Shown: positions 1 through 13,685 of the stretch, in pieces
Layout of the letters: every line of letters begins with the position of its first letter
Position numbering within the stretch: position 1 is the first letter of the stretch
NCBI RefSeq assembly: GCF_006345805.1
Contig: NW_021834520.1
Coordinates: 1-47,500, forward strand
Source of the DNA: Octopus sinensis
Lineage: Eukaryota
DNA length: 47,500 nucleotides
Reading direction: 5' to 3'
Made by a program: the position numbers and the translations under genes
Notes under the pieces: generated by a model
Database searches by the model: none
The model's input: only the letters and a program-made list of their open reading frames with translations
What the model was told of the DNA's origin: nothing

Positions 1-417
1 TGCGTGTGTTTGGGGTGGGTGTATGTGCGTGTGTAGTTGGGATGTGTTTTCGTACGTCTGTATATCCCCGATAAATTACCCGAAAGATAGGTGGAGGTGA
101 CGTTACCCCCCGAAAGTTGAAAGCAGGTCGGGTTGCGGTGGAAGTGAGGTGAGGCTGAAGGGGGAAAAAAACCTTTTTAAAAATCCAATCAGCAAAACAT
201 GCACATACGTGTCGCAGACCTTTCTTGCCCTGTGTCGATAAGAAGTAGCACCCCTCCCCCACCTCTTCCTTAAAAGCAAAAACAAGCAAACAAAACACAC
301 CAGCTATATCTATCAACCCACGTTATTAAACATGATCTCACACGTTTGCTCCTACGACATACGTAAAATAGAGGCGTGCGTGTGAGTGAGCGTGACGTGC
401 ATATATATATATATATA

Positions 418-559
418 GGAGCAGGAGTGACTGTGTGCTAAGAAGCTTGCTTCCCAACCACATAGTTCCTGGTTCAGTCCCACTGCGTGGCACTTTGGGC
501 AAGTGTCTTTTATTTTACCCTCGAGCCGACTAAGTTGGTGAGCGGATTTGGTAGACGTC

Positions 560-562
<3 letters not shown>
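418..562 (+). mobile_element. tRNA-derived SINE family A (CORE-like), 5' part
   Basis: Same head as the copies at 29367-29758 and 40519: A-box-like tgactgtgtgc, B-box ggttcagtccc, and gcactttgggcaagtgtc. Confidence 0.8.
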
Positions 563-605
<43 letters not shown>

Positions 606-660
606 TGAATACTTGGTGAAAATTGATTAATAATTAATTTAATTTTACCCTCAATTGTTG

Positions 661-712
<52 letters not shown>

Positions 713-717
713 TATAT

Positions 718-761
<44 letters not shown>

Positions 762-902
762 GGTAAATAGAGTTAGCTGTTGAAATAACCATCTAAGGGA
801 TAAGAAATCCGTTCTCTTTTACGGGTAGCAATTACCTATGTTAACTATGGACATGGGTATGCAAGCAAATATGTAATATATAATATATATATATATGTGT
901 GT

Positions 903-937
<35 letters not shown>

Positions 938-1660
938 CAAATACAGTGTATATATATGAATAATATATAGTCTATTGACTAATTTTTCTATACTCTATGC
1001 CACTGGTAGTAAAAATTTCTAAAATCTTTATTACCCTGATATTATTTATCATATATATACAAACATATACACATACATAACTATATTTTTGTGTGTCGAA
1101 GCATAAGTGATGTGTGTGTGTGTGTGTGTATGAGAGAGAGAGAGAGAGTGTGTGACTAATCTGCAGTGAAATAGTCTCGAACCCACCTTCCTAAAAACCC
1201 ACCCACCCTTTCTATCTATACTATACATGCTAATAAACTTACGCTCATATTAATTCGCATACACACAAACACACATACATAAGTACAACATATAGACACA
1301 CAACACACACACACACACACACACCACACACACACACAGAGGTCTGGTTCCTTACACCTTAGTCATTCGACCCAACTTACTTTAGCAATATCTACCTTGA
1401 CTTGTCTACTTTCTGTAACCCACTCCCAGCCTCACATTAACCCTTTATTTTTCTCCCGGTAAACCATGTATGTGTGTGTCTGTGTGTGTGTGTGGTGTGT
1501 GTGTGTGTATGGATAATATATGTAACTAAATATATATATATATAATATATAATATATTTATATATATATAATTATATAATATATATATATATACACTATA
1601 TATACACACAGACACAAGGCAGACAGACAGACCACACATATATTATATATACATATATAT

Positions 1661-1782
1661 ACGACGAGCTTCTTTCAGTTTCCTTCTACCAAATCCACTC
1701 ACAAGGCTTTGGTTGGCCCGAGGTTTTAGTAGAAGACACTTGCCCAAGGTGCCACGCAATGAGATTGAACCCGGAACCATGT
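1661..1782 (-). mobile_element. SINE family A fragment
   Basis: Reverse complement of the family A head/body (ttctttcagtttcc...gacacttgcccaaggtgccacgc). Confidence 0.8.
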
Positions 1783-2356
1783 ATGTCTCAGTCATCGGAG
1801 TGCGGTTATGCTGGGGAAGAAGACTCGCAGGGTCGATCTATCAAATTTTGTTTCTTTTATTACATACCCCTAACTTACGATGTGTGTGTGTATGTATGTA
1901 TGTATATGTATGTATGCATGTATGTATGTATGTATGTATGTATGTATGTATGTATGTATGTATGTATGCATGCATGTTTGTATGTATATATGTATTTGTG
2001 TTTATGTATCCTATCTGACACACCCCTTTTTTATAACATTAGTGCTTAGGATCTGTCCCAGTTACACGCTATCAATTTTGTTCTAATCTCTACCAGCCTC
2101 AGCACCCTAACTAACCAAATAACGAAGGTATATTTACGCGCTCTCTCGATCTGCAGAGAAAGCAGCCAGATTTCCTGAAATTCCTCCTAAGTTTCCAGAA
2201 AAGAAAACCGATAGAAGGTGGGTCGGGAGCAAACATTAGTTAGCGTAATCCTAGATAATCAAAAAGGCAAGAAGGCCAAGCCTTGGGTACCTTTATACAA
2301 GGACTGCTTGATCTGGATTTACCTGATTAAACAACACAACTACCTATGTCACTCAG

Positions 2357-2398
<42 letters not shown>

Positions 2399-2499
2399 TC
2401 TCTCACTTTCTCTCTTAGACACATCACACTCACACACATACGAAAAGGTAGTTGCATTGATCTGGACATGCTCGCACACACTCACAAACACACACACAC

Positions 2500-2544
<45 letters not shown>

Positions 2545-2876
2545 GCAATCACAAGTAAATCTCCCTTCGAATCAGACATTCGCGTTTCATAGCCAAAAGG
2601 GGATGCATCAAATATGGCTCTCTGGTCCTCGATGCTCCTTCCTAGAAAGGTTGAAAGGTTGAATGATTTCGGTGTTGAAACAGGTTCTTTGATCAGAGGT
2701 TCGTTTTTCTCGTGTAAAGCTGATTTGAGTCCTAACCAAGCACAACATAGATTTTTTTCTCTCTAGTTTCAGCGCAGAGCTGCGGCATATGCTGATGCAC
2801 CGCCGCTATATACGTAGATACACGCAATTGTTGTTAAAACTTACTTTCACTTGCATGTCGTTATTACTTACTCTGT

Positions 2877-3500
2877 TAAAGGTAGCCTGCTGGCAGAACC
2901 GTTCGCACGCTAATATGCTTAGCGGCATTTCGTTCTGATTTCGAATGCTGCTGAAGTTAACTTTGCCTTTCATCGTTTCCGGGTCGATAAAATAAGCACC
3001 AATCAAGTACTGGGGTCCATGTAATCGACTAGCCTCTTCCCACAAAATTTCAGGCCTTGAGCCTATAGTAATAGAATGGATATTACTTACTCCGTTAAGG
3101 CGGCGAGCTGGCAGAAATGTTAGCACGCCGGGCGAAATGCTTAGCACTATTTCGTCTGCCGTTACATTCTGAGTTCAAATTCCGCCGAGGTCGACTTTGC
3201 CTTTCATTCTTTCGGGGTCGATAAATTAAGTACTAGTTACGCACTGGCGTCGATATAATCGACTTAATCCGTTTGTCTGTCCTTGTTTGTCCCCTCTATG
3301 TTTAGCCCCTTGTGGGTAATAAAGAAACAGGTATTTCGTCTGTCTTTACGTTCTGAGTGCAAAATCCACCGAGGTCGACTTTATCTTATGTCCTTCCGAG
3401 TTCCTTAAGATAAGTATCAGTCAATTACCGGGAGTCGATTACATCAACTTCTCACACCCTTCAAAGACTGCTGACCCGGTGCCAAAATTTCAATCCGATA
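2877..3500 (+). mobile_element. Cluster of tRNA-derived SINE family B copies (Meta-domain-like), including a head-to-tail dimer at 3097-3500
   Basis: Repeated ggcggcgagctggcagaa...gagttcaaattccgccgaggtcgactttgcctttcat.ctttcggggtcgataaa.taagtac with Pol III A and B boxes. Confidence 0.85.
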
Positions 3501-3913
3501 TTACTTTGTCCTATAACAATGCATCTGAGCTTATTTATGCATCAAACATTCATTGGGGTCGAATGAATGTGTAAAACTGCTCAATTTCACAGTTAAACTC
3601 ATGAACAGATTGACCAGTGTTAGAGTATAGTTCTAAAATATATTTATAATGCTGAAACGTGTACTGGATAAGGAAATACCGGACCGACTCAAGCGTATTG
3701 ATTTACACTCACGGGCGTGCATGGAAATGCATGCAGACACACAGGGTCGTCCCTAGGGTTCCTGGCGCCCCGGGCAAGCTGAACTTTGGTGTGTACAAGC
3801 TGACTGTCGTGGAAATTCTATTGAATGCAATGTATGCAAAGTATGTCTAAATGAATGCAAATGACAAAATCGGATTCTAATATAAATCTTACATGTTTAT
3901 GGAAGGCTTCTGG

Positions 3914-4120
3914 AAGACGGCGAGTTGGCAGAACCGTTAGCACGCCTTACAAAAGGCTTAGCGCCATTTCGTTTGTCTTTACGTTCTGAGTTCAAATTTC
4001 GCTGAGGTCGACGTTTGCCTTTCGTCCTTTCGGGAACGATAAAATATGTACCAGTTGAGAACTGGAGTCGATGTAATCGACTAGTCCCCACCCCTAAAAA
4101 TTTCAGGCCTTGTGCCAATC
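3914..4120 (+). mobile_element. SINE family B copy
   Basis: Matches the family B consensus seen elsewhere in the window. Confidence 0.8.
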
Positions 4121-4304
4121 GTGTGCCAGATTTGCCTCAAAACATTTTGCAGCATTCTTTGAAATGTTTTTGTGATGCCAAATTCAAAGTATTTATTTCG
4201 TAAATGAAAAGTAAACAAATAAAAGTTTCACATGCGCGCAATATATATTTATGCATGCACAAGCACTCGCATATCCGTATCATACGCATATTCTTTTCTA
4301 CTCT

Positions 4305-4694
4305 AGCTAAGCACAAGGTCCGAAATTTTCGGGGAAGAGGCCAGTCGATTAGATCGACCCCAGTACGCAACTGGCACTTAATTTATCGACCCCGAAAGAA
4401 TGAAAGGCAAAGTCGACCACGGTGGAATTTGAACTCAGAACGTAGCGGCAGACGAAATACCTATTTCTTTACTACCCACAAGGGGCTAAATACAGAGAGG
4501 ACAAACAAGGACAGACAAGCGGATTAAGTCGATTATATCGACTCCAGTGCGTAACTGGTACTTAATTTATCGACCCCGAAAGAATGAAAGGCAAAGTCGA
4601 CCTCGGCGGAATTTGAACTCAGAACGTAACAGCAGACGAAATACCGCTTAGCATTTCGCCCGGGGCCTGCTAACAACTTTGCCAGCTCATCGCC

Positions 4695-4697
<3 letters not shown>
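4305..4697 (-). mobile_element. SINE family B dimer
   Basis: Two tandem reverse-complement units joined at gacgaaatacc|tatttctttactaccc (about 4460). Confidence 0.85.
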
Positions 4698-4748
<51 letters not shown>

Positions 4749-4796
4749 CTAGAATAATTAAATGCATGATAATGTGTGCATATCGGCGAGAAAGCA

Positions 4797-4884
<88 letters not shown>

Positions 4885-4900
4885 ATAGATAGATGGATAG
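4697..4900. repeat. (AAT)n and (GATA)n microsatellites
   Basis: Directly visible at 4697-4747 and 4797-4900. Confidence 0.95.
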
Positions 4901-5111
4901 ACTGACAGACGCGTAGAGACTGAGGTATGTAGAATTAGAGAAAAGCGGAGAAAACTAGTGAATGTTTGCATGAAGTTTGACAATGTGCGTACGTACATGC
5001 GGATTTGGAAACATGCATGAGTGTGTGTATGTATGTGTGTGTGAGGGATGTATGAGTGAGTGTGTGTGCAAGTGTATACACACACACACGCACACGCGCG
5101 CACACACACAC

Positions 5112-5142
<31 letters not shown>

Positions 5143-5249
5143 TGATGGTAAGAAACGGCGAGTATTTTGATAAGTAGGGGTTAAAGATCGATAGGACAAT
5201 AATAAAGTACATTTATTAATTATGGATAAGCGCTGTCAAAAAGTGAAAG

Positions 5250-5304
5250 TTTGATAGATAGACAGATAAATAGAGAGAGAGAGAGAGACGAGGGAGATAG
5301 AGAC

Positions 5305-5349
<45 letters not shown>

Positions 5350-5650
5350 GTGAAAAAGACATGGTCGATGAATTCAAAAGGCAATGAAGACCGAGCGAAG
5401 TTAAAAAGAAAAGGAGAATAAGAGAAGAGAGAGAGGGAGGGAGGAAGGAAAAAGAATGAGAAAAAGAGAGAGAGAGAGAGAGAGAAAGAGAAAGAGAGAT
5501 TACAAGTTGATGCAATGTATACTGGAAAACAAGCAAATAACGATAAGTTAGAGCATAGTGATCTTGAAAGATATATAATTATATATATATACACACGTAT
5601 GTGTGTGTGTGTGTGTGTGTGTAGAAAGAGAGAAATAAGGGAAAGAAGGT

Positions 5651-5694
<44 letters not shown>

Positions 5695-6081
5695 GAGGAA
5701 AGGTGGCAGGAAGGGGAGATGACACTCATTAGACAGAAAAGAACAGAATTTGAACTGTGACAAGTCGAAACTTGCTTAGGCCTGTATGCTATTTTCGAAC
5801 GTTACACACCCCCTTAAAAAACACAATTACATTTATGTATATATAAACACATACACCTTCACATACATTCACATACATACACATTCTATATTATTCATCG
5901 TGTGTGTGTGTTTGTGTGTGTGTGTGTATACAATACGTACATATGTACATAAATATATAGCTACGTACGTAATACTTACATATATGCATACGTGCATGCA
6001 TACATACATACATTCGTACGTGCATATAAATATATATACATACATACACATATATATATACATACATATATGTGTATGTAT

Positions 6082-6165
<84 letters not shown>

Positions 6166-6186
6166 CATATGTGTATGTATATATAT

Positions 6187-6226
<40 letters not shown>

Positions 6227-6281
6227 TACATATATATATATACATATATATATACATGTGTGTATGTATATATATATATAT

Positions 6282-6362
<81 letters not shown>

Positions 6363-7340
6363 CACATATATATATACACACATATATATATATATACATA
6401 TGTGTGTATGTATATATATATATATATACATACACACATATGTATATATATATATATTTATATATATATGTATATATACTGTGCGTGTTTTTGCATGTAT
6501 AGCTAGGGTACGTGTGTTATGCACATACATGTTTATAAACACTGTTGTACTGGACAGTTTTAATTTCTACTGCAACGGTGACTACTACTATAACAACAAC
6601 AACAACAACAATAATTCTTGTTGCATCATATCTTTCTATAACGACTAAACTATGCAATACCTTCGTCAACACATCTATACAATAAGAGAGTAGGGAAAAA
6701 ATTAGAGGAGAAAGAGAGAGAAAAGGAAAGGGTGAGAAAGTAGAGCAAAAGAAAGGATGAGATTAAAGTTAGTAAGTGGAAGGAATGGTGGGGAGAGTGA
6801 AAGAATTAGAAAAGAGAGAGAGTGAGTAGAATGATAGCAAAAGAAGTGAGAGAGGGGGAGAGAGAAAATGAAATAATTATAGAGAGTGGGAGTGGGAGTA
6901 TGAGAGAGAGAGAGGGAAAGAGTGTGTGTGTATGTGTGTGTGAGCGTGTGTGCGTGTCAATGTGTGTGCGTGTGTGAGAGAGAGAGATACAGAGAGCGAA
7001 GTGAAGTGAGAGAGAGAGAGATAGGCAGAGAGCGAAGCGAAGAGAGAGAGAGAGATATAGACAGAGAGGGAAGTGACGAGAGAGAGAGAGAAAGACACAG
7101 ATATAGGGAGGCAAAGAGAGAGAGAGAGCGCATATGTGTGTGTGTGTGTGTGTTTATTTAAAAGAGAATTAGGCAGTGGTATAGAAAAAGAGTGAGAGGA
7201 TGAGTAAATGGAAGAAAATATTAACAGAGAAAGAGAGGGAAAGAGTGAGGGTGAGAGTGAGATTTTGAAAGAGAAGGGGAAAAGGAAACATAATAAAAGC
7301 ATCAGAGTGAAGAGAGAAGGGGAGAGAAAGAGTAACATAC
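5250..7340. repeat. Compound (GA)n/(TA)n/(TG)n microsatellite field upstream of the CKI gene
   Basis: Directly visible. It is the source of the YIYI, SLSL and ERER pseudo-ORFs. Confidence 0.95.
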
Positions 7341-7381
7341 TAATAGAGAGGGGTAATGAAAATGATGGCACCACCCACAGT

Positions 7382-7480
7382 AGGCGTGGTTTACTGATTA
7401 AAATTTGAGGAACGCTCATCACAACATTTATTTCATACGTTGCTTCTCAGCGAAGAAGCTTGCCACGCAACGAGTACAAG
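7382..7480 (+). promoter_or_regulatory. Possible core promoter / non-coding first exon of the host CKI gene
   Basis: GC-box-like AGGCGTGG, then TTAAAA, then CpG-containing unique sequence directly after a long purine microsatellite. Weak donor AAG|GTAGAC at 7480/7481 and possible acceptor ttctcatag at 7718. Confidence 0.35.
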
Positions 7481-7787
7481 GTAGACAAGAATTATATATA
7501 AACATATACGCTAACAATTACGTACTAAATTTTACTATGTACTGCTAATGATTGGAACTATTTAACGTCAAATTTGTTAACCGAGGAAAAGGAATATATA
7601 CAATAAATATATATATGTATATTATATATATTTGAAAAAACACCAATCGTAATATATGTTCTACATACATGCATGTCTGAGCGTATGTTTACAAGTGAAA
7701 ACAGATAATTTCTCATAGATAGGATTTGATATCTATCTATATGGAAATTTTGACAACTTTATTTTTTTATTGGTGATTATTTAAACT

Positions 7788-9114
7788 ATGAAGCTAATGG
7801 AAGGCGAATGCATTTATACTCCGGCCAGACCTAGCGGTCAGTTTCCGACACCTAATCGCAGAATGCCACAAACTGTTATTAATACGGGCTCTAGCAGCGG
7901 GACCCGCATTGCTGCTCAAATTTTGGATCCTCGCCGTTTGTTAAAGGCTCGCCGAAAACTTTTCGATGGTGATTCTGAACCATCATCGGAACTGAATAAT
8001 CCATTTGGAAAGACGGCGGCGGCAGCGGCAGCTACAGAGAAGTCCGAAATCTGCCAACGATTATTAGAAGAATGCCAAAACAAATGGAACTTCGATTTGG
8101 TTAATTGTGTACCACTGGAAGGTCGTTACGAATGGGAAAAAATGGAACCAGAAAATGTACCAGGATTCTACTCGAGACCTTACACCAACCCCAAACGTCC
8201 TGTCCCAAACGTCCGAGAAAGTTATTCTCCAAATATGGTTGCCAATGGAAGTTACAGCAGAATACGATTCAGGGAAGACAGCCAGTCTAACGAAAGTACT
8301 TCTAGCTGCCCTCCTGGTATGGATGTTACAGTGCTTACTAAACTGAACAGCGGTAATAACGACAATAACAACAGAAACAACAACATAGCTACCAACAACA
8401 CTAAAGGTTGTGATCCCAATGATATTTATAATGTCCCTACTGCCTCTATCTCAACTTCTACTACGACTTGTGAACTGGAAAATACCAACGGTAAACAACA
8501 GGATATTACTGACGTGTGTAATGACAACCTAACACACAGCAGTACTTACTCTTGTAGTAATCGTAGTAGCAGTAGTACTAGTAGTAGTATTAGTAGTAGT
8601 AATAATAATAATATGGGTAGTAGTATATTGTCTACGACAAACCGACAGAGAGGTAAGTCACCTCTGTGTTTTTCAGCTTCTGTGAAAAACGTAAACACTA
8701 GTAACCTACATGGATCTCACGAACAAGACAGTAATAATGATGATAATATTAACAACAACAACAACAACAACAATAATAATGTTTTCTCTGGAAAGTCTGA
8801 CACTTGTGATACACTAACCAATAGACTCAGCGAACAGCTGGACAATAAGCAATGTTCGAATTTAACGGCAATCGATAAGGCCACCATTTCATTACCGTCA
8901 TTATCATCGTCATCATCATCATCGTCCCCTTCCTACTCTTCATCAGCACCATCATCACCATCATCTTTATCACCACCATCCTCATCACCACTATCCTCGT
9001 ATTCTTCTTCTACATTACCTGTATCATCATCATCATCATCGACAACAACAAAATCCTACTCTATGGAAACACTTAATGAGACGAAAACGTTGCCAAAACA
9101 AACCAAGATAGTCG
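7788..9114 (+). CDS. CDKN1-like: Cip/Kip-family cyclin-dependent kinase inhibitor (p27/p21/Dacapo-like), coding exon 1
   Basis: Contains the Cy motif ARRKLF and the CDI core KWNFDLVNCVPLEGRYEWEKMEPENVPGFYSRP (p27: RKWNFDFQNHKPLEGKYEWQEVEKGSLPEFYYRP). ATG has A at -3 and an in-frame TAA at 7782-7784. Consensus donor G|GTAAGT at 9114/9115 (phase 1). The rest of the exon is an Asn/Ser-rich low-complexity tail. Confidence 0.93.
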
Positions 9115-10380
9115 GTAAGTCGAATTTTTAATTTATTTAATTATTATTGTTGATGTTGATTATAATTTATGATAATTGCTTGTATTGTTAATTATATCGA
9201 CCTGAAGGGATAAAAATTCAAAATAAAATTGGCCAAAGTAAGATTTAAAACCAGAACGTAAAAAGTCCGGATAAGACACCGCAATGTATTTTGTCCGAGG
9301 TTCTTAGTGTAGATTCAATGCGTGAAAGTGTCCAGTGTTAGCTCATATATGCATGTAAATGTGTATATATTTGGTACTTGCGAATGTATATAAACAAACT
9401 CTTTCTAATTGTTCCTTGCCTTTTTTGAAACACGAAACACTTTGCAGTAAATTATTATTTTTCTATGTTACTAATCTACATACGCTTCAGACAGACACAC
9501 AGACAGACAAATAGATAGATAGATGATTGATAGATAGATAGATGATTGATAGATAGATAGATAGATGGATAGATAGATAGGGTTGTATTCCTCGTTTTGC
9601 TTCATCAATACCATACCCGCCCACTTTATATATAGATTCGTGTCATGGATTACCTATTACACACACAGGCGCACACCACCCTTCTCCGTGAAGGTGAAGG
9701 GAACAGTCCTTCCCTACACACCACCATCTGGTCAATCTGTTACAGTTCATGTACGATAGAACCGAAGGTCAATCGTTTTCGTTCAACCTACTCGATTATG
9801 ATTGATTGATATCTATCTCCCGATTTATTAATATCCTACCGTCCTAGAAAAAAAATTGAAGGGATTTATAAAAGAAAAAGAAAACAAAAACACATTGGAT
9901 TTTGTGTCGCAGTATGGCTGGTAGGTACACTTACGGAAAAGACAGACAGAATGGCCCCAGCTGCAGTAGTATCGTCGAGGAAATCCCGTTAGTAGAAAAT
10001 TAAAACATTGATGCCGTCTCGCGAAAATAACATCCTAGATGAAATAACTGAAAAAAAAAAATTGAAGCACCAATGTTACTGCTGGTGTGTAAGAACGTAA
10101 CCATTACTTTTTGCTTCTGTTGTTGTTGGCCCCTATTGTAATCGAGCAGACATTTAAGGCATTTTTCAAGGTGGTGTTTTTCAGAGTGGGGTTCCATCAA
10201 ATAATATATATATATTTTTTTTTAATGGAATCGAGCTCTTGGTTTTAATGAATTTCATTTTATAAATATGTATTTATTTTAAAATAAATTGCTAGTTGAC
10301 CTTTTCAAAATTATTATAAATTACACGAAATTTTCGCTTTTAGGAAATATATATATATATAGGCTTGTGTACACACACAC

Positions 10381-10423
<43 letters not shown>

Positions 10424-11031
10424 TACGTCCATACAGAGAACGAGAGATAATAGTTTTATTGATATTACATTGCCAGCCTCTGCGACCCACCTTCCAAAAT
10501 AGATGTGGGCTACAGCTATTTTCTGGGAAATATTCACAAGGGTTCCGTAACGAGCAAACTAGTTTAGGAACCGCTGCCTTTTAGGGTATTCTCCCACGTC
10601 TGACCAACTGACAACGTTCCTCCCTTTTCAACATTTTCTACAGCGGCAAAGTTGTGATTCGAAATAAACTTCATTGCTATTTCTGGAAGGTCAACCCTTC
10701 CACGTAGAGGTTCCTTCTTTGGCATTATATGTTTCAGGGAAAGGAGTAATGACTAGCTGTAGTACTGTTGTTTTTCCCCCCCACTTCTTTCTCGTTTCCT
10801 TATACCTCTTTTTCTCTTCCCCTCCCCACCGTTTCACTTACTTACAACACGCGCACACACACACACATTGTATTCTATGACATCTGATTGTGTGTGTGTG
10901 TGCTTGTGTACATTATTTCGTTATTGAAGATAGCATATATGAACGTAAAAACTATTTTAAAAAAAGCGATATATGCTATACACACATACACATACATATT
11001 GTGTTGTGTATATATATTTATGTTTATATAG

Positions 11032-11070
<39 letters not shown>

Positions 11071-12934
11071 CATACATACATATGATAGACTTAAATGCAA
11101 AACATTTTGTGTATATACAGATTACAACTATTAGAGTTGATTATGCGTGTGTGTATGTGTATAGATACACACACACATAGATAGATAGATAGATAGAAAT
11201 TTGAATGCAAAACTGTGTGTATACAGATTACAATTTGTGTTGATTATGCGTGTTCATATATATATATATATATATGTCAAATAGAGGCTTGAGTGCAAAA
11301 AAATTGTGTTACAGATTACAAACATACATACATACGGGCCCCGCCTTTTATCGAGCTAACAATTAATTGTACATTCTCGGGGCCTACGATTAATTATATA
11401 ATAATTATGCACACGTATACACGCAAACAAAAATTGCATATATTGTTTGTGTGTGTGTTTGTGCATGCATTCATGTATGTATGTTAATGTTCGCAGTTAT
11501 GGAAGTAATTAGTCATATATAGAGAGAGATAGAGAGATAGTCATATATATATAGATAGATACACACACGCACACACATAAATACATTTTGTGTGTATGTT
11601 TGTATGTACTGTCACACACACACACACACACACGTACGCACACACACGCTACATTTTCTCTTCCACCCAAGGTTACTTTTTTTCTGTGTCATCCAGGCTT
11701 TACAACTACAACTCGCTGTGTGCACTATTCGTATAGTAAACATTGTAGTAGCATAGAGTAGTATACACACACACATTTATTCACGATCAAGTATCGTAAA
11801 GTTGTGTGTGTGTATATATATATTACTAATGATATTAGTAATAATTGCTGATTATAATTATTTCAAAACCTTTTTTTTTTTTTCGACTGATAACGTCTTT
11901 TTATAGTCTCTATAGTAAATATTGCTAGCGAGTAGATATTTTTTTAGATATTTTTTTTTTTTGCTTTTTTATTGATCGATAGAAACCTAATATCCAAATT
12001 TCATCAATAATCCTTATAGATTTTAAAAAGGAAAATAGATTTGCGTTCATTATTATTTTTGTTAAAAGAATACTAAACTTAAGAAAAAATACCGAAATTT
12101 GGGCTGCTTATTATTTTGTGATGTTTTGCGTACTTTAACTACTACTAAAAGTTTTTCTTAGTTTCAACTACTACTACTACTTCTACTACTCGCATCTATA
12201 TGCGTGTGTAATAATATATGTAAGAAAATCGTTTATGTTAAGAAATTTACTAAGTGCTACAACGTTGTCGTATTGGATTTTGTGTTTACAAGACCGAGGG
12301 GTGGGGAGCAGCATCCCAATATTCACAGTAGTAGTTGTATTTTTTTTCCCCTAGTTCTAGACATAGACACGCTGTGAAAATGGGAGCTTTTTGGATAGGT
12401 ACAACTCCTCTCTCGTCGATATCAATGTTGAAATTATTTAAAAAATTTTAAAGCTATCTTGATTATTAATAATAACTGCAAATATTTTTATGCTATGCAT
12501 GTAGTTTTATTACTAAAGTATGCATGCAATCTGTATGCGCATGCATATTCTGCACACACACACACACACACACACTCTGTACGTATACACTCAAAATCTG
12601 CAAGTGCGTGCTTAATATGCATGGTATGCGCGCACTATTTGCTAACACTATAATTATTGTGCGATACGTAGAATGCATTAATTGCAATAAGCAGAGAAGC
12701 AATATAACGAATATATATGTATGTAAAAATTAGAACTGGAATGGGATATTGCAGTAAGAAACTACAGAATATATATGGCGTCTATATAAATGCAAGGAAT
12801 TAGAGAGGAAGGGAGTAAAATGTGGATTAAGTTTGTTGTAGAGTGCCCGAGAGTGTGTGTGTGTAATGTCGAAAGAAAACGACAGAGTAGAATTGTAAAG
12901 GGGGTAAATGCGAGAGAGTAAGAGTGCGACTGAC

Positions 12935-13030
12935 TGACGTATCGTGTTAGACGCTAGTGCGTGATGGGCGGAGCTTATTTGGCTTGACTTATAAATACTG
13001 AGCGAGCGCCCAGCCTGTACTATTTAGTGA
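12935..13030 (+). promoter_or_regulatory. Putative core promoter of the nested CKI gene
   Basis: CRE-like TGACGT (12935-12940), GC box GGGCGGAG (12966-12973), TATAAATA (12990-12997) and Inr-like TTAGT (13024-13028), in a locally CpG-rich stretch about 660 nt upstream of the ATG. Confidence 0.6.
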
Positions 13031-13685
13031 CTTGTTCTCAAGCAGACTACTGCTCTTGCGACCCGTTATGAGCGTCACAGTCGAGACGAATTTAACGTTA
13101 CTATTACTACTATCATCAATATTGCAATCGTCATCTTCACTTCGACTGTTGAACAACCTAACTGAAGGGAAACTAATGACTCTCAGTTTCTTTAAAGTTT
13201 TTGAGAAACTAAAACGGAATACTTATTCGTGTTCGGCAAGCGATTTTAAGAATATAAGGCGTTAGTAAATAATTCTATATGCCACCGTGGATTCCTTACC
13301 ACAGTCGTCACATCATTAAACAGATACATCATCACATCTAATTTACAACACGAATTTTCATCGAAATTTCTTTTATTTCTGAAAACGATCGAACTACTAT
13401 TAACGAGAAAATCACGGAAAAAAAAAAAGGAAATTATTCGGAAGATTATCTTTCTCTCATTCTCACGCATTCTATGACTCATACACATACACTGTGTTTA
13501 TAACAATACACACACCTACTGAATCACAATTAACAGTACAACTTCGATTATTTTTATTTTCTCAAACTTTTTTACAAAACGGAACGGATATAAAAAGCGA
13601 CTAAATTTAGATTTGGATTTTTTTGTTGTTGTAGTCAACAATTTTCCATCATTATTAGGATTTTTAAAAGAAAAAATATTCCAAG

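Noticed and set aside
1713-7422. Many 60-220 aa ORFs ([20 protein letters not shown]), here and at 27-28, 32, 40-42 and 44-45 kb
   Set aside because: Translations of microsatellites and SINEs with no protein-like complexity.
9115-9131. ORF-track end of the 447-aa protein (GKSNF*)
   Set aside because: It runs through a consensus GTAAGT donor. The spliced form completing the PIP motif is far more plausible as the main product.
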